From Octopus vulgaris (lineage: Eukaryota): DNA of 64,000 nt. The position numbers and the translations under genes were made by a program. A model generated the notes under the pieces. It saw only the letters and a program-made list of their open reading frames with translations. It had not been told where the DNA came from and searched no databases. Below are positions 38,586 to 53,519 of this stretch, in pieces. The first letter of the stretch is position 1. Each line of letters starts with the position of its first letter. The stretch covers positions 25,482,001-25,546,000 of the forward strand of contig OX597826.1 in NCBI GenBank assembly GCA_951406725.2, in the 5' to 3' direction.

Positions 38586-38628
<43 letters not shown>

Positions 38629-39312
38629 GCATTTATATACATATGCGTGTCTATCTATCTATCTATCTATCTATATATATAATATATATACACGCTTATG
38701 TATTTTTTGTATATGTATTTTGTATTTGTACATATAATCTTTAATGTATACACATACACATTCATATACATACATACACATACATAGACAAACCGACACA
38801 TATTCACACACCTAACTTCACAAGGACGTGCTTATAAATAACAAGCTGTTAACAATTAAGGCTATCGACAATAATTAGACGTAGCTGTTTCCCCTCTGCC
38901 CACCTCCCACGGGACGGAACGGAACAGGAATGGAAATGGAGAGCTAGAATATGACAGAGTGAAGTCTTCGCGGAAGCTATGTCTTCCAGATTATTATTTT
39001 GGGGGAGGGGTGGGGGTGGTTGTGGGGGGAATACTTTTCAGACTTTTTATAGACATCCATGAAATCCGCATCATGGGTCGGGTTATTTCTGCAAGACTGG
39101 CTCCCGTAGATAGAGCTTCTGGCTATGTTCAATGTGTATGTATGTATGAATGTATGTATGTATGTATGTATGTATGTATGTATGTATGTATGTATGTATG
39201 TGAGGGAATGTGTGTGTGTGTGTGTGTGTATGTGTGTGTTTGATTTTGTGCGTGTGTATATGTATATGTATGGCCACAACCTTAGGGCTGAAACGTGTAA
39301 ATGCGTAAAAGA

Positions 39313-39371
<59 letters not shown>

Positions 39372-39374
<3 letters not shown>

Positions 39375-39520
39375 CTCATGAACGGTCACGTGAAACTTAG
39401 TAACAGTTTGTGAAGATTCTTTTCAGATTTAATAAAATATCTATTACCTACTACTCTACCTTTTGGTATTCGGGTACTATTTTTTCACCTTGTTTTGCAT
39501 TATGCGCTTACATGTGTGTA
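39372..39520 (+). mobile_element. (AT)n-embedded element with hammerhead-like motif, same family as 59232-59410
   Basis: cTCATGA acg gtca cgt GAAA cttag TA acag; downstream tactctacc..tggtatt..gtact shared with 59232-59340 (minus). Confidence 0.6.
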
Positions 39521-39560
39521 TAGACATACGTACGTACATATATACATACATACAAATGTA

Positions 39561-39622
<62 letters not shown>

Positions 39623-39839
39623 GATTGATATGTATATATATATCTTTGTTTGCTTTTATGATCAGTTATAATATGAACAATTTTATATTTAATCTTATGA
39701 GTCACTCGATACTTTTGTAGTGTACAAATTGATTAGTCTTAAACAAGAATATTATAGATAGTGACTTCAAAGTTTCACCCAGTTAAACAATCGCTGGACT
39801 GTCAACAATATGCGTAATATATACACATATATATATATA

Positions 39840-40322
39840 ATCAAAATAAGCAGCAAGGATATCCAGAGGTAATGCATTACGATCGTTTCATGCAACACCA
39901 TTTAATTGAACGATGCAATCATTACATCAATTTAAAATGTAGAGCAATCTTCAGCTGCACAAAGACATAGAATTTAATTAAATTAGAACAGATGGACACA
40001 TTAGTATAATTATACCTAAAATCTCCAAGAAGTTAAGGAGATAGACAAAGAACATGTACCTACAACAGCATAGCCGTAACTAAAATTTTCAAGAAGATAT
40101 TTTCTGTCATTGATTTTTTTATGGGGTCATTTTTAATTTATTGACTAGTTTATCAAATCCATTGTATATTTAAGGCTGAGAGAAACAGAGGGCAGTATAT
40201 GTTTGGGGTAGGGTTGAGGGAGTAGAGAGACATTCTAGATGGTACAGTCATAAAAATCAAGATTTATTAGAAGCAATGTCATGAGGTTTAGTAAGGAAAA
40301 CTTAAAACAAGATGTTAGCTGA

Positions 40323-40325
<3 letters not shown>
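39840..40325 (-). mobile_element. (AT)n-flanked Penelope-like fragment with hammerhead-like motif
   Basis: Minus strand CTGAAGA (39948-39954) ttgc...gcat GAAA (39886-39889) cgaTC. Confidence 0.5.
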
Positions 40326-40406
<81 letters not shown>

Positions 40407-40628
40407 TACACTCTCTCTACCTCCGACTCACCCATATAAACACACATAAATGTATATTCTTTTCAAGACATAGCAGAAAGTGGATACAGGTATATGCAAC
40501 AGCTAGCAACATATAGGATTAAAATGCCCTTGGATGGAAGATCGACAAAAGTTTCTTACGAGATTTGAACCCACATAACTCTTGTACTTATGGAAGACTT
40601 GCTAATCGACTATATATATATATATACA

Positions 40629-40661
<33 letters not shown>

Positions 40662-40662
<1 letters not shown>

Positions 40663-40953
40663 TTTTATCTTTTATTTGTTTCAATCACTAGACTGTGGGC
40701 ATGCTGGAGCATGGTCTTGAAGAATTTCTTTTGTAATCGAACGAATCGATCCCAGCACATAATTTTGTTTTTTACTAAGCCCTGTACTTATTCTATCAGT
40801 TTCTTAAGTAGACGCAGGAGTGACTGTGTGGTAAGTAGCTTGCTTACCAACCACATGGTTCCGGGTTCAGTCTTCTACTATAGCTTTGTGCCGACCAAAG
40901 CCCTGTGAAAGGATTTGGTAGACGGAAACTGAAAGAAGCCCGTCGTATATATG

Positions 40954-41004
<51 letters not shown>

Positions 41005-41395
41005 GTGTGTGCGCGTGCGCGCGTGTGTGTCTGTGTTTGTCACCCTAACATCGCTTGACAATCGATGTTGGTGTGTTTACGTCCCCGTAACTTAACGGTT
41101 CTGCAAAAGAGGCCGATAGTATAAATACTAGGCTTACAAAGAATAATTCGATTTGCTCGGCTAAATCGCGGTGCTCCAGCATGGCCGCAGTCAAATGACT
41201 GAAACAAGTAAAAGAGAACAATTATACATATATATATACACATGATAGGTTTCTTTTAGTTTCCGTCTACCAAATTCACTCACAAGGCTTTTGGTCGGCC
41301 CTGGCTACAGTAGAAGACACTTGTGTAATGTGCTACGCAGTGGAACTGAACCCGGAACCATGTGGTTAGGAAGCAAGCTTCTTACCACACAGTTA
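40662..41395. mobile_element. Nested SINE family A copies (plus-strand 40810-41215 between minus-strand pieces)
   Basis: Minus tail 40662-40800 and minus head 41245-41395 flank a plus copy. Confidence 0.85.
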
Positions 41396-41761
41396 AACGT
41401 GTGCGCGCTCATTTATGGTTGGTATATTGACTAGATGTAAAATTCACAAATTGTTATTCCAGGTTTCACGTTTTCGATTTTCGAACGATTGTGCTGTATA
41501 TAACATGGATAAAGCTTTATTCAAAATAACATAAGTTTATATTCGGATGGCGTATGAACCGTTGGATGTGTTCTATATACGTAAATCAATTGTTACCCGC
41601 AAATAAATAAATGAATAAATAAGTAATGGAATAAAATAAATAAATAAATGAAATATAAATAAGAAATACATATAAATACAAATATATAATCTTTACGAGG
41701 AAAAACTAGGAAAGGAGCGAAGGAAAAATTAAGTTACATATAAAAAACAAAAACGAGTATT

Positions 41762-42075
41762 TTGTCGGTTACGTCGACAAGGGTTCCACTTGATGTGATC
41801 AACGGAACAGCCTGCTCATGAAATTAACGTGAAAATTGGCTGAGTACTCCACAGACACGTGTACCCTCAATGTAGTTCTCAAGGAGACTCAGTGTAACAC
41901 AGAGTGGGACAAGGCTGAGCCTTTGGAATTCAGGTACTGCTCAGTTTTGTCACCTGAGTGAACTGGAGCAACATGAAATAAAGTATCTTGCTCAAGGACA
42001 CAACGCAGCGTCGGAAATCGAACCCGCGATCTTACGATGGTGAACCGAATACCTTAGCCACTAACCCACATACCT
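41762..42075 (-). mobile_element. SINE family C (tRNA head plus CORE-like domain), near full length
   Basis: Minus strand B box ggttcgatttcc, then gcgttgtgtccttgagcaagatactttatttcatgttgctccag; a second head on plus at 42207-42315. Confidence 0.8.
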
Positions 42076-42699
42076 TCGCATAAGTGACATAATAATCAGT
42101 GATCAAATCCTACCGTGTTCGTCTCAGCCTATCTCCCCCACCTGGGCTGGTTCATATATTCAGCATCACTCAAATACTGAACAGTGCAACACTTCTGAAT
42201 CTGTGAGGGCGTGGTTAGAGCGTTTCACTCACGATCGTGAGATCATGAGTTCGATTCCCGGACCGGGCGGCGCGTTGTGTTCTTGAACAAAACACTTCAT
42301 TTAACGTTGCTCAGCGTATGTGAGAGTGGCAGAATCGTTGGCGCGTCGGCAAAGATGTTTTACAGTATGTATTCCAGCTCTCTACATTCTGAGTTCAAAT
42401 TCTACCTGCCTGAAGAAGGCAATGGGAGACTACTCCAGTCTTCATGCCAAGTCTAGTCATGGATCACCGTAGTTCCAGTAATCTACTCAACGGTGGTAGG
42501 TGAGGGTACAGTCCCTTCCAGGTCGTATAGAGTGTGCTGGGTAAGTTGCACATGCTCGGAACGTGCACAAAGGTAGACCACCAATGACTAGACTATCTTT
42601 ACCTCTGACGCCTCTTAAAACATATGCTTCTCCTTTCTATTGCGTTGAGTTAAATGCTTTGATATTTCGGTGACTTATTTGCATTATTCGTCAAGTAAC

Positions 42700-43250
42700 A
42701 ACAAAAGCAGCCCAGCATTCAAAGTAAGGGCTATCGAGTCGCACCGTCTAAAGCCACCTTTCTGCTAGTTCTTTGATCCCCTGTTCATAATAATTCTGTT
42801 CCTTCGAGGCGAAGAAATACTTCATCGAAGCTTCCACCACCTTTTGGTTGATGGAGGGTAGAAAGTGAGCCATAGATCGGAGAAAAGGAATAATCCAAGA
42901 GAGCTTCTGCCGAAATCGATGCTAAGTATGGCAACAGATCGATTTCCTCAAGTTCCTGGAGATTATTTTGGCGTGTTCAAGCTGTAGGACGTTTGCGTTG
43001 TCTTGCTGCTTTCTCTTAACCAATGCCGGGTATTTTTGTCGCACAATGGCATACATCTACTCCAGCTGTTTGAAGTACAGGTTGGCAATGATGGTTCAAC
43101 CATCTAGAATGAACTGCAGGGGATTATCCCCTCATAAGTCCATCAGATGCAGAGCATCACCTTGTGTTCGAAACGCTGTTGCTTAGTGACAGGTTCGGTA
43201 GCTGATCCTTGCTTAACCACTGCTTATGTACGTTAGCACTGGGGGAAAAT
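42700..43250 (-). mobile_element. Degenerate mariner transposase remnant
   Basis: QQDNA motif at ~42993-43007 on minus; otherwise heavily decayed. Confidence 0.45.
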
Positions 43251-43358
43251 ATCTCCCTCAAATTATTACTTGGAATAATGGATCACCAAGTTATATCCAC
43301 ATTCTTTTCTTTATGTATAAGCAGACGATCAAATGAGAGTAGCACATACATCTTTATA

Positions 43359-44133
43359 CGAAGTCTGATCAATAAGTATCCGGACTGTTACCATAGTAAC
43401 AAAGCTAAAGCACGCAGAGTCAAGCCACATGGCAGACATTGATCTTGAACTCTGTTGTGCACGTGCACTAAGTTTTAACGTTCTAGCTCACTTGTGCTAT
43501 TTACAGCAGTGCTTGGAAGGAACATGTGTAACGTGTGATCGTCGCATTGACCACGCCAGAGAAAGTTCTCATGGCGATACCTGCTCAGATACCTGTGCAA
43601 AGTTGCAGAAAGTGTATGGAGAGGAGTGTATGAGCCGCACACAAGTGTACGAATGGTTCAGACGTTTACAAGATGGCCGAAAAAATGTCGATATTGGCGA
43701 ACGTTCTGGGAGACCAGCAACCAATAAAACTGAGAAAAACATCGCAGATATGCGAGCAGCTGTGAGAGGAAATCATCGAATCAGCATCCATGAGCTATCA
43801 GAGGATGTGCAGATTAGTTGCGGTTCAGTTCAATCCGTTATCACTTGGGTATGAGACGCGTCTCTGCCAAGTTTGAGCCAAAACTGCTTTCAGCTGATCA
43901 AAAAGACGCTTGGGTTTCAGTTGTACAAGACCTCCTTGATTGTGTCAAGAAAGCACATGGTTTCGGGTTCATTCCCACTGCATGGCACCTTAGGCAAGTG
44001 TCTTCTAATATAACCTCGTGAGTGGATTTGGTAGACAGAAACTGAAAGACGCCCGTCGGATATGTATATATATATATGTACCCTGCGTGTATGTACTATG
44101 GCAGCAGTCCGGATACTTATTGATAACACAACG
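43359..44133 (+). mobile_element. Internally deleted mariner transposon with a nested SINE A fragment
   Basis: TIRs atcaataagtatccggactg / cagtccggatacttattgat with TA flanks; VYGEECMSRTQVYEWFRR, RSGRP and LGMRRVSAKF motifs. Confidence 0.9.
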
Positions 44134-44362
44134 TATATTTATCATTGGTTACTATAGTTTCGATATAGCTCCATAAATGGTTTCAAACTGATTTCAAAAT
44201 GTGCGCTTTTACATTGAACCCAATATATCCGTGTGTGTATAAATATATACACACACACGCATACATATACGTGTGTGTATATATATATGTATATATATGC
44301 ATAAATATACGTTTATATATATATTTGTACATATAAATATATACGCATATACATGCATATAT

Positions 44363-44560
44363 TGACCGCGTGTGTATCATTGGCGAATTTTTCCTTCGTC
44401 TTCCCTTGCTTTTCCTATGTTTCTGACGAAGAGCTCCGCTCGAAACGTTAGATCCTACTTCTTTCTTTCCTTTCCTGCGCGTCCAATAACACTATACTTG
44501 TTCCACATCCTCGCGTTGTTGTGTTTTCTCTTTGTGTTTTCATGTTTGGATTAACTTTAT
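44363..44560 (+). mobile_element. Short Penelope-like element with minimal hammerhead-like motif
   Basis: CTGACGA(44423) a gagc tcc gctc GAAA(44442) cgTTA; homologous to 25730-25945. Confidence 0.72.
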
Positions 44561-44567
44561 ATATATA

Positions 44568-44691
44568 ATCAGCCGAAATTGCGAAGATGATCCGGTTCTT
44601 GACTGAAGATTGAAGGCTTCGAATGTTCCGTCCGTGTTTTTTGTATCGTCTTCTAAATGTTTCACGTTCTTGTCCCAGTTTGTATTTTTTT

Positions 44692-44698
<7 letters not shown>
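44568..44698 (+). mobile_element. (AT)n-embedded short repeat family (also 49393-49525 minus and 51800-52100 plus)
   Basis: Shared gccgaaa...gatgatccggttcttgactgaaga...gcttcgaatgt...cgttcttgt. Confidence 0.7.
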
Positions 44699-44739
<41 letters not shown>

Positions 44740-44829
44740 TAGATAGATAGACAGATAGATAAACGCGCAAACACACTAACATACACACACAGTCACACAT
44801 ATATGTATATGTAACATATATATATATAT

Positions 44830-44884
<55 letters not shown>

Positions 44885-44887
44885 TAC

Positions 44888-44918
<31 letters not shown>

Positions 44919-45031
44919 CATATATACATATATATACATATATACATATATATATATATACATATATACATATATATATATATAAATACATATATATATA
45001 TACATAGGTGTATATATACTTTTGTATATAC

Positions 45032-45063
<32 letters not shown>

Positions 45064-45422
45064 TGCATGCATGTATGCATGTATTTATGTATATATGTAT
45101 ATATGCGGTTATGTATGTAAATATTTCATTTATCTCTTTATCCTACCCGGAAATAATAACGACAACACCAGCAGTGGCAACAACAACGATAGCAAAAACA
45201 TATCTAACAACGATAAAAACAATACCAATAACAACAACACCCATTACTAAGTACAGTACTAAAAATAACTTCAATACTAAAGAATTCCCCGAAGCCATTT
45301 TGGAGCAACAATGTACATGTGCGTCTGGGTGTATACATAAATATATGTGTGTGTGTGTGAGTGTGTCCTGATATGTACTGATGTATATGCGAATATACTT
45401 ATGCAAAAACAAACACACATGT

Positions 45423-45477
<55 letters not shown>

Positions 45478-45830
45478 CACACACGTAAACAAACATACAC
45501 ACACACACACATTGACATGTGTGTGTATATAATACCTTTGTGTATGTGTTGATATACTCACACAAATATACGCATACACAATGATAAATATTGACATAAA
45601 TATATGACCATATACCCGTGTGCGCGCACGCATAGTTAAACTATTTGTAAAAAATGTTTGTAACAGGAAGTATACAAAGATTTAACTGTTATAGTTAAAG
45701 CCGAAAATAAATATGACATAAATAGAAGAAAGACATGAGAAAAAAAAACAGGTAGACAAATAGACAGACAAGTTGATAGATAGATACATAGGTAGATAGA
45801 TAAATAGATAGATGGATAGATAGACAGATA

Positions 45831-45860
<30 letters not shown>

Positions 45861-45870
<10 letters not shown>

Positions 45871-46156
45871 TTAGAGACAAAACCACTATTTTGCAAACCA
45901 AACAAAGAAAGACTTAATCCAATACATAAAACAATTTTAATATAAATTAAATAAAATCATGAAACAATTGTAGTGGCGAATATAATTTTATTTAATTTAT
46001 ATTAAAATTTTTTCATGTATTGGATTAAGTCTTTCTTTGTTTGATTTGCAAAATAGTGGTTTTGTCTCTAATTAATATTATATAATATTTTACTATAAAA
46101 TTGGATTCAATCCTAAATCTGATTTTCCCTGTAAATTTGGATTTATTCCCTAATAT

Positions 46157-46165
<9 letters not shown>
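45861..46165. repeat. ~100-bp-arm inverted repeat in (AT)n with an asymmetric extension
   Basis: Arms 45861-45957 and ~45984-46081; spacer contains GAAAcaattgTA. Confidence 0.85.
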
Positions 46166-46228
<63 letters not shown>

Positions 46229-46239
46229 TCTTTTTTTCT

Positions 46240-46650
46240 CTCTTTTACTCTTTTACTTGTTTCAGTCATTTGACTGCGGCCATGCTGGAGCACCGCCTTT
46301 AGTCGAGCAAATCGACCCCCAGGACTTAGTCTTTGTAAGCCTATCTAGTACTTATTCTATCGGTCTCTTTTGCCGAACCGCTAAGTTACGGGGACGTAAA
46401 CACACCAGCATCAGTTGTCAAGCGATGTTGGGGGAACAAACACAGACACACAAACATATACACACACATGCATATATACATATATATACATATATACGAC
46501 GGGCTTCTTTCAGTTACCGTCTACCAAATCCACTCACAAGGCTTTGGTCGGTCCGAGGCTATAGTAGAAGACAGTTGCCCAAGGTGCCACTCAGTGAGAC
46601 TGAACCCGGAACCATGTGGTTGGTAAGCCAGCTATTTACCATACAGCCAG
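46240..46650 (-). mobile_element. SINE family A
   Basis: Full-length reverse-complement match. Confidence 0.92.
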
Positions 46651-46697
46651 ATAGACAGATAGGTAGATAGATAGACAGACAGATAGACAGGCAGCTT

Positions 46698-46770
<73 letters not shown>

Positions 46771-47232
46771 CTCGATCAGATAGCGAACTAGTTAGGTAAT
46801 ATGGCACCGACGACGAAAACGTGCGTCACATTCGAGTGTTTATGACGACGACAACGAGGCTATATCAACGATGATAATTGTGATAATAATGTCGATAATG
46901 TTGACAAAATAAAAGTTGGAAAAGAAGAAAAACGCTAAGACTACCGCAGGCATTTCTCGTTTACCACCAGATTCATACCCGAGAGTATTTTGGCAGCATT
47001 AATAGCGGTCCCCTTCGCACCAATATAAATATTTACATTAAAACTATCCTTCCAATATATATACTTCTGTACAAGGAAGGCTTGTCGTAAATTCTTTTAT
47101 AAAATCTAACTAATATAAACACGTGACAAGGGGAAGTAATTATGATGGTCCGGATACATATTAAGATTTCCTTTCTCTTCTTTCTTTTTCCTATTTAATA
47201 TAAAAAATGATACAACGTATATACAAGTGTGA

Positions 47233-47263
<31 letters not shown>

Positions 47264-47405
47264 TGTATGTATGTATGTATGTATGCATGAATGCATGAAT
47301 GTATGTACGTATGTATGTATAACACACACATATATATATACACAAATGTGTTGATTTATACATATATAAATGTACACACATGCGCATCTATACACATTCA
47401 CAAAG

Positions 47406-47439
<34 letters not shown>

Positions 47440-47457
47440 GAACATATAATATACATT

Positions 47458-47547
<90 letters not shown>

Positions 47548-47620
47548 GATATACAACATGCGAGCGCGTGTGTGTTTGTGTATCCACATACGCATTTGGG
47601 TGAATATATATATGTGTGTA

Positions 47621-47690
<70 letters not shown>

Positions 47691-47997
47691 TGTGTGTGTG
47701 TATGTGTGTGTGTGTGTATATTTACAATATCTTATTTTTCTCATTGGCAATCGGCCATCATTTTGAAAAATGGAGGGAGAAATAATTGTAGATTAGATCA
47801 ACTTCAGTACATGTCTGGTATTTATCTCATTGACTCCGCTCACGCTCTCCCACCCATCTACCCCCTTTCATACCACTCCACCCATCCCACCACACCATCC
47901 CTCTTCCCTGCAGGGATAAAAGTCAGACTGTCGTCTCATCAAACGATGTTTTGAATTCAAAATATCGAGGGACTAGATACGCACGCACGCACGCACA

Positions 47998-48032
<35 letters not shown>

Positions 48033-48219
48033 TTCACATCATTAGATTACCATCTCGGATTACGTCGTTTCTTCATCCTTGATTAAATACGCACGCATGC
48101 GTGGGTGCACACATACAAACACGCACACATACACACCCTAACAAACATGCATATATATATGTATGTATGTAAATATTCATATATAAGATAAATATATATA
48201 TGTATATTCTCATATTCAT

Positions 48220-48323
<104 letters not shown>

Positions 48324-48329
48324 TTCTGC

Positions 48330-48361
<32 letters not shown>

Positions 48362-49309
48362 GCATTTATAATATACATATGCATTTATATAGATGTATAT
48401 GTGTTTTTTTTTTTGTGACCGGGCGGCCTGAGAGCAGATGTCAGTCACTCACTAACATAGACTGTTCCATTACAAAGTTACAGCTTTCTGATCTGCTCAG
48501 AGTTATCTCTCTTCGTTATTTCTTACTGTACTGAGGAAGGCGGTAAGGGGCCAGGAATGAGTCTTGGAATCCGATCGAGGGCGGCACTGAACAGTTTTTA
48601 CATCTTTTACTATTTGTAGACAACTAAGTCATTTATTTTAGGCCATCAATGTTGAGCCGCTGACGTCTAGTAAAGAAATTCGACGCTCTACTACATCGTA
48701 ATGGTCAATGACAGGCTGTGGGCGATTTCTTCTGCAGTAGACAAGAAGTATTTGAAAATATACAAAACAAACAGCAGCTGGGGGACTAACAATTATTTTA
48801 AGTTAAAATAATATGTGTGCCCTTGACCATTAGTAGCATATCAAATTTCTTTACTGGATGTTAATATTAAACCCATGATACGAACTAACAATGATTTAAG
48901 GTTCATGATAAAAAAAAAAAAGGCGGCCTAATTCTCTATTAATTGCACACTGACCAAATTCCTTCCTTTCTTTTTCTCTGGCCGTTGGTTTGTTGCAGCT
49001 CTGAAGGTAGCGGAACCCTGTATTTTCAGTCGGACAATCGATCGCCTGAGAAGACAAAAACGTGAACACACCTAAACGTATATCTCAAACAGCTGCGAGG
49101 CTATAATAAAGAAATTAACGTATATAACCCATTAATTATGTCTGTCTGTCTGTTGCTCTCTCTCTCCCCTCTCCCTCTCTCTCTATATATATGCGTTTGT
49201 GTTTATGTGTGTGTGCGTGTTTTCCTTCTTTCCTGAGCGTCCAATAACACTATACTTGTTCCACGTCCTCGCGTTAGTGTGTTTTCTCTTTGTGTTTTCA
49301 TGTTTGGAT

Positions 49310-49387
<78 letters not shown>

Positions 49388-49525
49388 ATGATATGTAGAA
49401 AATTACAAACTGAGACAAGAACGCATAAGAACTTAGAAGACGATACACAAACACAGACAGGACATTCGAAGCCCTCAGTCTTCAGTCAAGAACCGGATCA
49501 TCGTAGTAATTTCGGCTGATTAATC

Positions 49526-49558
<33 letters not shown>

Positions 49559-49650
49559 CTTAAAGGAAATAATAAATTTTTCCTTTATGAGGTTTTTCAC
49601 GCTAACTACTTGATAAATTCTTATAAAGAATTTATCCTATTTTAAAATTG

Positions 49651-49736
<86 letters not shown>

Positions 49737-49876
49737 CATATATATATATATTATATATACATTAACTCGAAGGATTGCTCCATACATTTGTAAGGTACAA
49801 TTATATAGTTCTTCAACAAGATTAGTACTGATAGTGACTTCAAAGTTTCGGTCAGCTAAGTCATCATCGGAGTGTG

Positions 49877-49926
<50 letters not shown>

Positions 49927-51399
49927 AACACTCACACAAACACACATCACATTATTAATATATATTCGAAATAAAGCGAAAATACGACAAAATAAAAAAG
50001 AAAAATGTGAGAACTATACGACAAAGCTTATGTATATTGTGTGTGTGTGAGTGTGTTTGAGTGTGTGTGTGTGTATTGTGTGTGTTGTGTGTTGTGTCCC
50101 GTCATCCATTTTCTTTGTTGTTGCTTTCCTCCCTGTCTTTTTCTGTCTTTCATGCTTTCCTTCATTCCTGCCTTCTTTTTTTCTTTCCTTTTACTTTTTC
50201 ACTCTTTCCTCTCCATTTCTATCCATCCAGACATTAATTGAATAATAACCATGATGAGTAAGATAAATACAAGGATGAAGATAATTATCATTACCGCAAT
50301 TATCGCATGTACAACAGCAGCCGCCATTACCACCACCACCACCACCACAATTACTAACGCCACCACCACAATTAATAACGCCACCACCACAATTAATAAC
50401 GCCACCACCAAGTGGACGATCGTCTTCTAAAAATAGCAACAAAGTCCTTCCTATTCTCGACCTATTGCCTCAAATACAAGGACACGTTTTAGATAATGGG
50501 GTCGTAGATAGACACCAAAAAGGCAGGGTGATGATGGTTAGAAATGCCTTCAAGGATCCAATCGGCTGAGCTGCCGACATCAATTCTGTTCGAATTGATT
50601 TCATATTCAGTGTAATGATACACTTTTATATGCTAATGAATGACTTGAAAATCATTTTTGCTATAAATCAATAAACAAGGAGTCATTAGCAACTAAACTT
50701 TGAAAATTTTGGTAAGCCACAGATACATTTAAGCCTGTTTCCATAGTAACAAGCAGAATATGAGAACTTTGTTGTCTGCGAGAAAGCACAAGTTGGCAAA
50801 TATATTGAAACCACTTGTTTTACCTATCTATTGACAATTGAGCATGTGAATTCATGAACTAGTCAACAAAACGTTTTTTTTTAAATAGTATATTATTATT
50901 TAATTTGTAACGCGTTGTTTATCGCATTTGCATAAAATGCATATTGAATGCTTAAAACTATTTGTTTACTCGTTTCTTTTTGTCATTAAGGTGGTTGTGA
51001 GGTGTGCTAAAAATAACAGCTAAATAACGTGTTTTGGATAAGTTGATCTGAGATTAACCTCACTTACAACATAAAAAAAAACACCACCACTGTCGCCGCC
51101 GCCGCCATCGCCACCGCCACCACCACCACGACCATCACCACCACCAAAAACAACAAAACCATCACCACCATATAAATATATATATATATATATGCGTGTG
51201 TATGTAAGTATGCGTGTGTGTGTGCATGGGGGTATGTACACACGTTTGTGTGTATATATAAAATGATTCTTAATCATTCGTTTCGTTTCAAATGTTTATT
51301 TCTTCCAAATTGTCATTGTGACGTCCATAACGTTTTTTTCCGGAGCTTTCGTTTCAAAAAAGTTTCGATCAATTTCAACCTTTCGCGGGTATTAGAGAC

Positions 51400-51770
51400 T
51401 TGGGAATGTTGTGTACCAGGCGTACCCAGACACCTGAAGAATAGCATGAAGTGGTAGACATCTTCATTTCGTTTTTGATGTTTGTGGGGATGTTTTATGC
51501 ACCTTTGATTTCTTGAACACCCATTGTAACATACTGGCTGGTAGCATAACATAGTTACAAGTTGTCCGGTAGTTTTCCTATACCCGCATAAACTCTTAAC
51601 CAGGCAATTTTAGATCAGAAAACTTGGGTGCTCCAACCAGGAACATATATTTCACTCTTGATAACATTCACGCAGAATGTAGCCTCTATTATATTCCTTC
51701 CCATGACTTTCATCTCTTATGCCCCTTCCGTAAGGCTTCACTTCCACACACACCAGCTTAATTTAATTCA
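51400..51770 (-). mobile_element. Possible Helitron helicase C-terminal remnant
   Basis: NIIEATF, SDLKLP, YNGCSR, NEDVYH in the order expected for NVIEATI, SDxxLP, YVACSR, NVVY; badly decayed. Confidence 0.4.
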
Positions 51771-52097
51771 TTCTTAGTCGAAAGACGCCTGTTGTTAATG
51801 TCCTGTTGTTTGTATTCGTAAATGTGCACAACTTCTCCGTTTTTTTCGTCCTTGCTTTCGTATACATTCGCTTGTTTTCTTCCAAGGAATCTAGCGCTCT
51901 TAATTTAGATTTTCTTGGGGCCGGCCAGATTGGAGCAGTCTCAAGTGTAACCGGCCGAAACTGCAAAGATAATCTGGTATTGACTGAGGATAGGAAGCTC
52001 CGAATGACCCGTCTTTGTTTTTTCCTGTCCTTTTTATCGTCAAACTGTCCGGATGCTTTGTTGTCGCCTGTTACGTTCTTGTTCCATTTTTTGTTTT

Positions 52098-52141
<44 letters not shown>

Positions 52142-52719
52142 TTATATATCACTTATTTTTGCTTCGGTACACCCCATCCAGACACACTTGATAGAAGATA
52201 CACTCTTTCTTCACCTATTTCCTCTCCTGTCTACCTTTATATATAAAATTGAGTGAATTTAAAGAGAATGTGGCATTAAGTAGCAACAGTGGCGTTTCTT
52301 GAGTGTGTGCTATTCATGGGCGGTAACCCTTGAGTTTGCCTTTATCATCATCATCTTCCTCAATATCATCACCAGCAGCAGCAGCAGCCGCAACAGCAGC
52401 AGCAGCCGCAACAGCAGCAGCACCGCCACCACCACCACAAGCACCATCACCCCCACAATCACCGCCTCCACTACTTTCATCATCATCATCCTCAACTTCA
52501 TCACTACAACTACCTCCACTACTACCGTCTCCACCACCACCGCCGCCGCCACCACCACCACCACCACCACCACCACCACCAATACCACGACCATAACTTT
52601 TATATTTTTGATGTGGGGGAGTATACCTAATTATCCCTTATGCTACTTTCCATCGTGTCTACATTTTATTTTACCTTTTTACTTGTATTTCTGTTACTTT
52701 TCACATTTCAAAGCTAAAG

Positions 52720-52739
52720 TAAATAAATAAATGAATGAA

Positions 52740-52782
<43 letters not shown>

Positions 52783-52865
52783 ATGAATGAATAAATAAAT
52801 AAATAAATAAATAAATGAATAAATAAATAAATGAATAAATAAATAAATAAATAAATAAATAATGA
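52720..52865. repeat. (AAAT)n microsatellite
   Basis: Direct inspection. Confidence 0.95.
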
Positions 52866-53110
52866 AATAGTCGCCATTCTTTACAGCTGTCTTTTGAGGA
52901 TTCGAGAACTGAAACATGGAAACCCGCAGACAAATCGTCGAGTGATTAATGAACTTGTTGATTGCTATAAGGAATGAGTTGTTGGCGTCACGACGTGATG
53001 ACAAAGATGACGACGATGGTGATGATGATGAATACGATGGTGATGACGACGATGATGATTTTGATGCTGATGTTGATAACAGTGGTGGCAGTGTTGGGTG
53101 GTAGTGGTAG

Positions 53111-53145
<35 letters not shown>

Positions 53146-53286
53146 TTGATGATGGTACTGCTGCTGATGACGCTGCTGCTGTAGCTGATGATGATATGCC
53201 GCGATAACAACGATGTAATTGCCAATAAGTGGTGGTGACGTATATGAAAGGGGGTAGAACAAGAAACAAGAACAAGAAACGGAGCC

Positions 53287-53487
53287 GAAGAAGAAGAAGA
53301 AGAAGAAGAAGAAGAAGAAGAAGAAGAAGAAGAAGAAAAGAAGAAGAAAAAGAAGAAGAAGTAGAAGAAAAAGAAGAAGAACAAGAAGAAGAAAAAGAAA
53401 AAGAAGAAGAAGTAGAAGCAGAAGAAGAAGAAGAAGAAAAAGAAGAAGAAGAAAAAGAAGAAGAAGAAGAAGAAGAAGAAGAAGAAG

Positions 53488-53519
<32 letters not shown>

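Noticed and set aside
44600-44635. CTGAAGA...CGAA as a hammerhead (also 49470 and 51985)
   Set aside because: No convincing helix II and GAAT instead of GAAA; not counted
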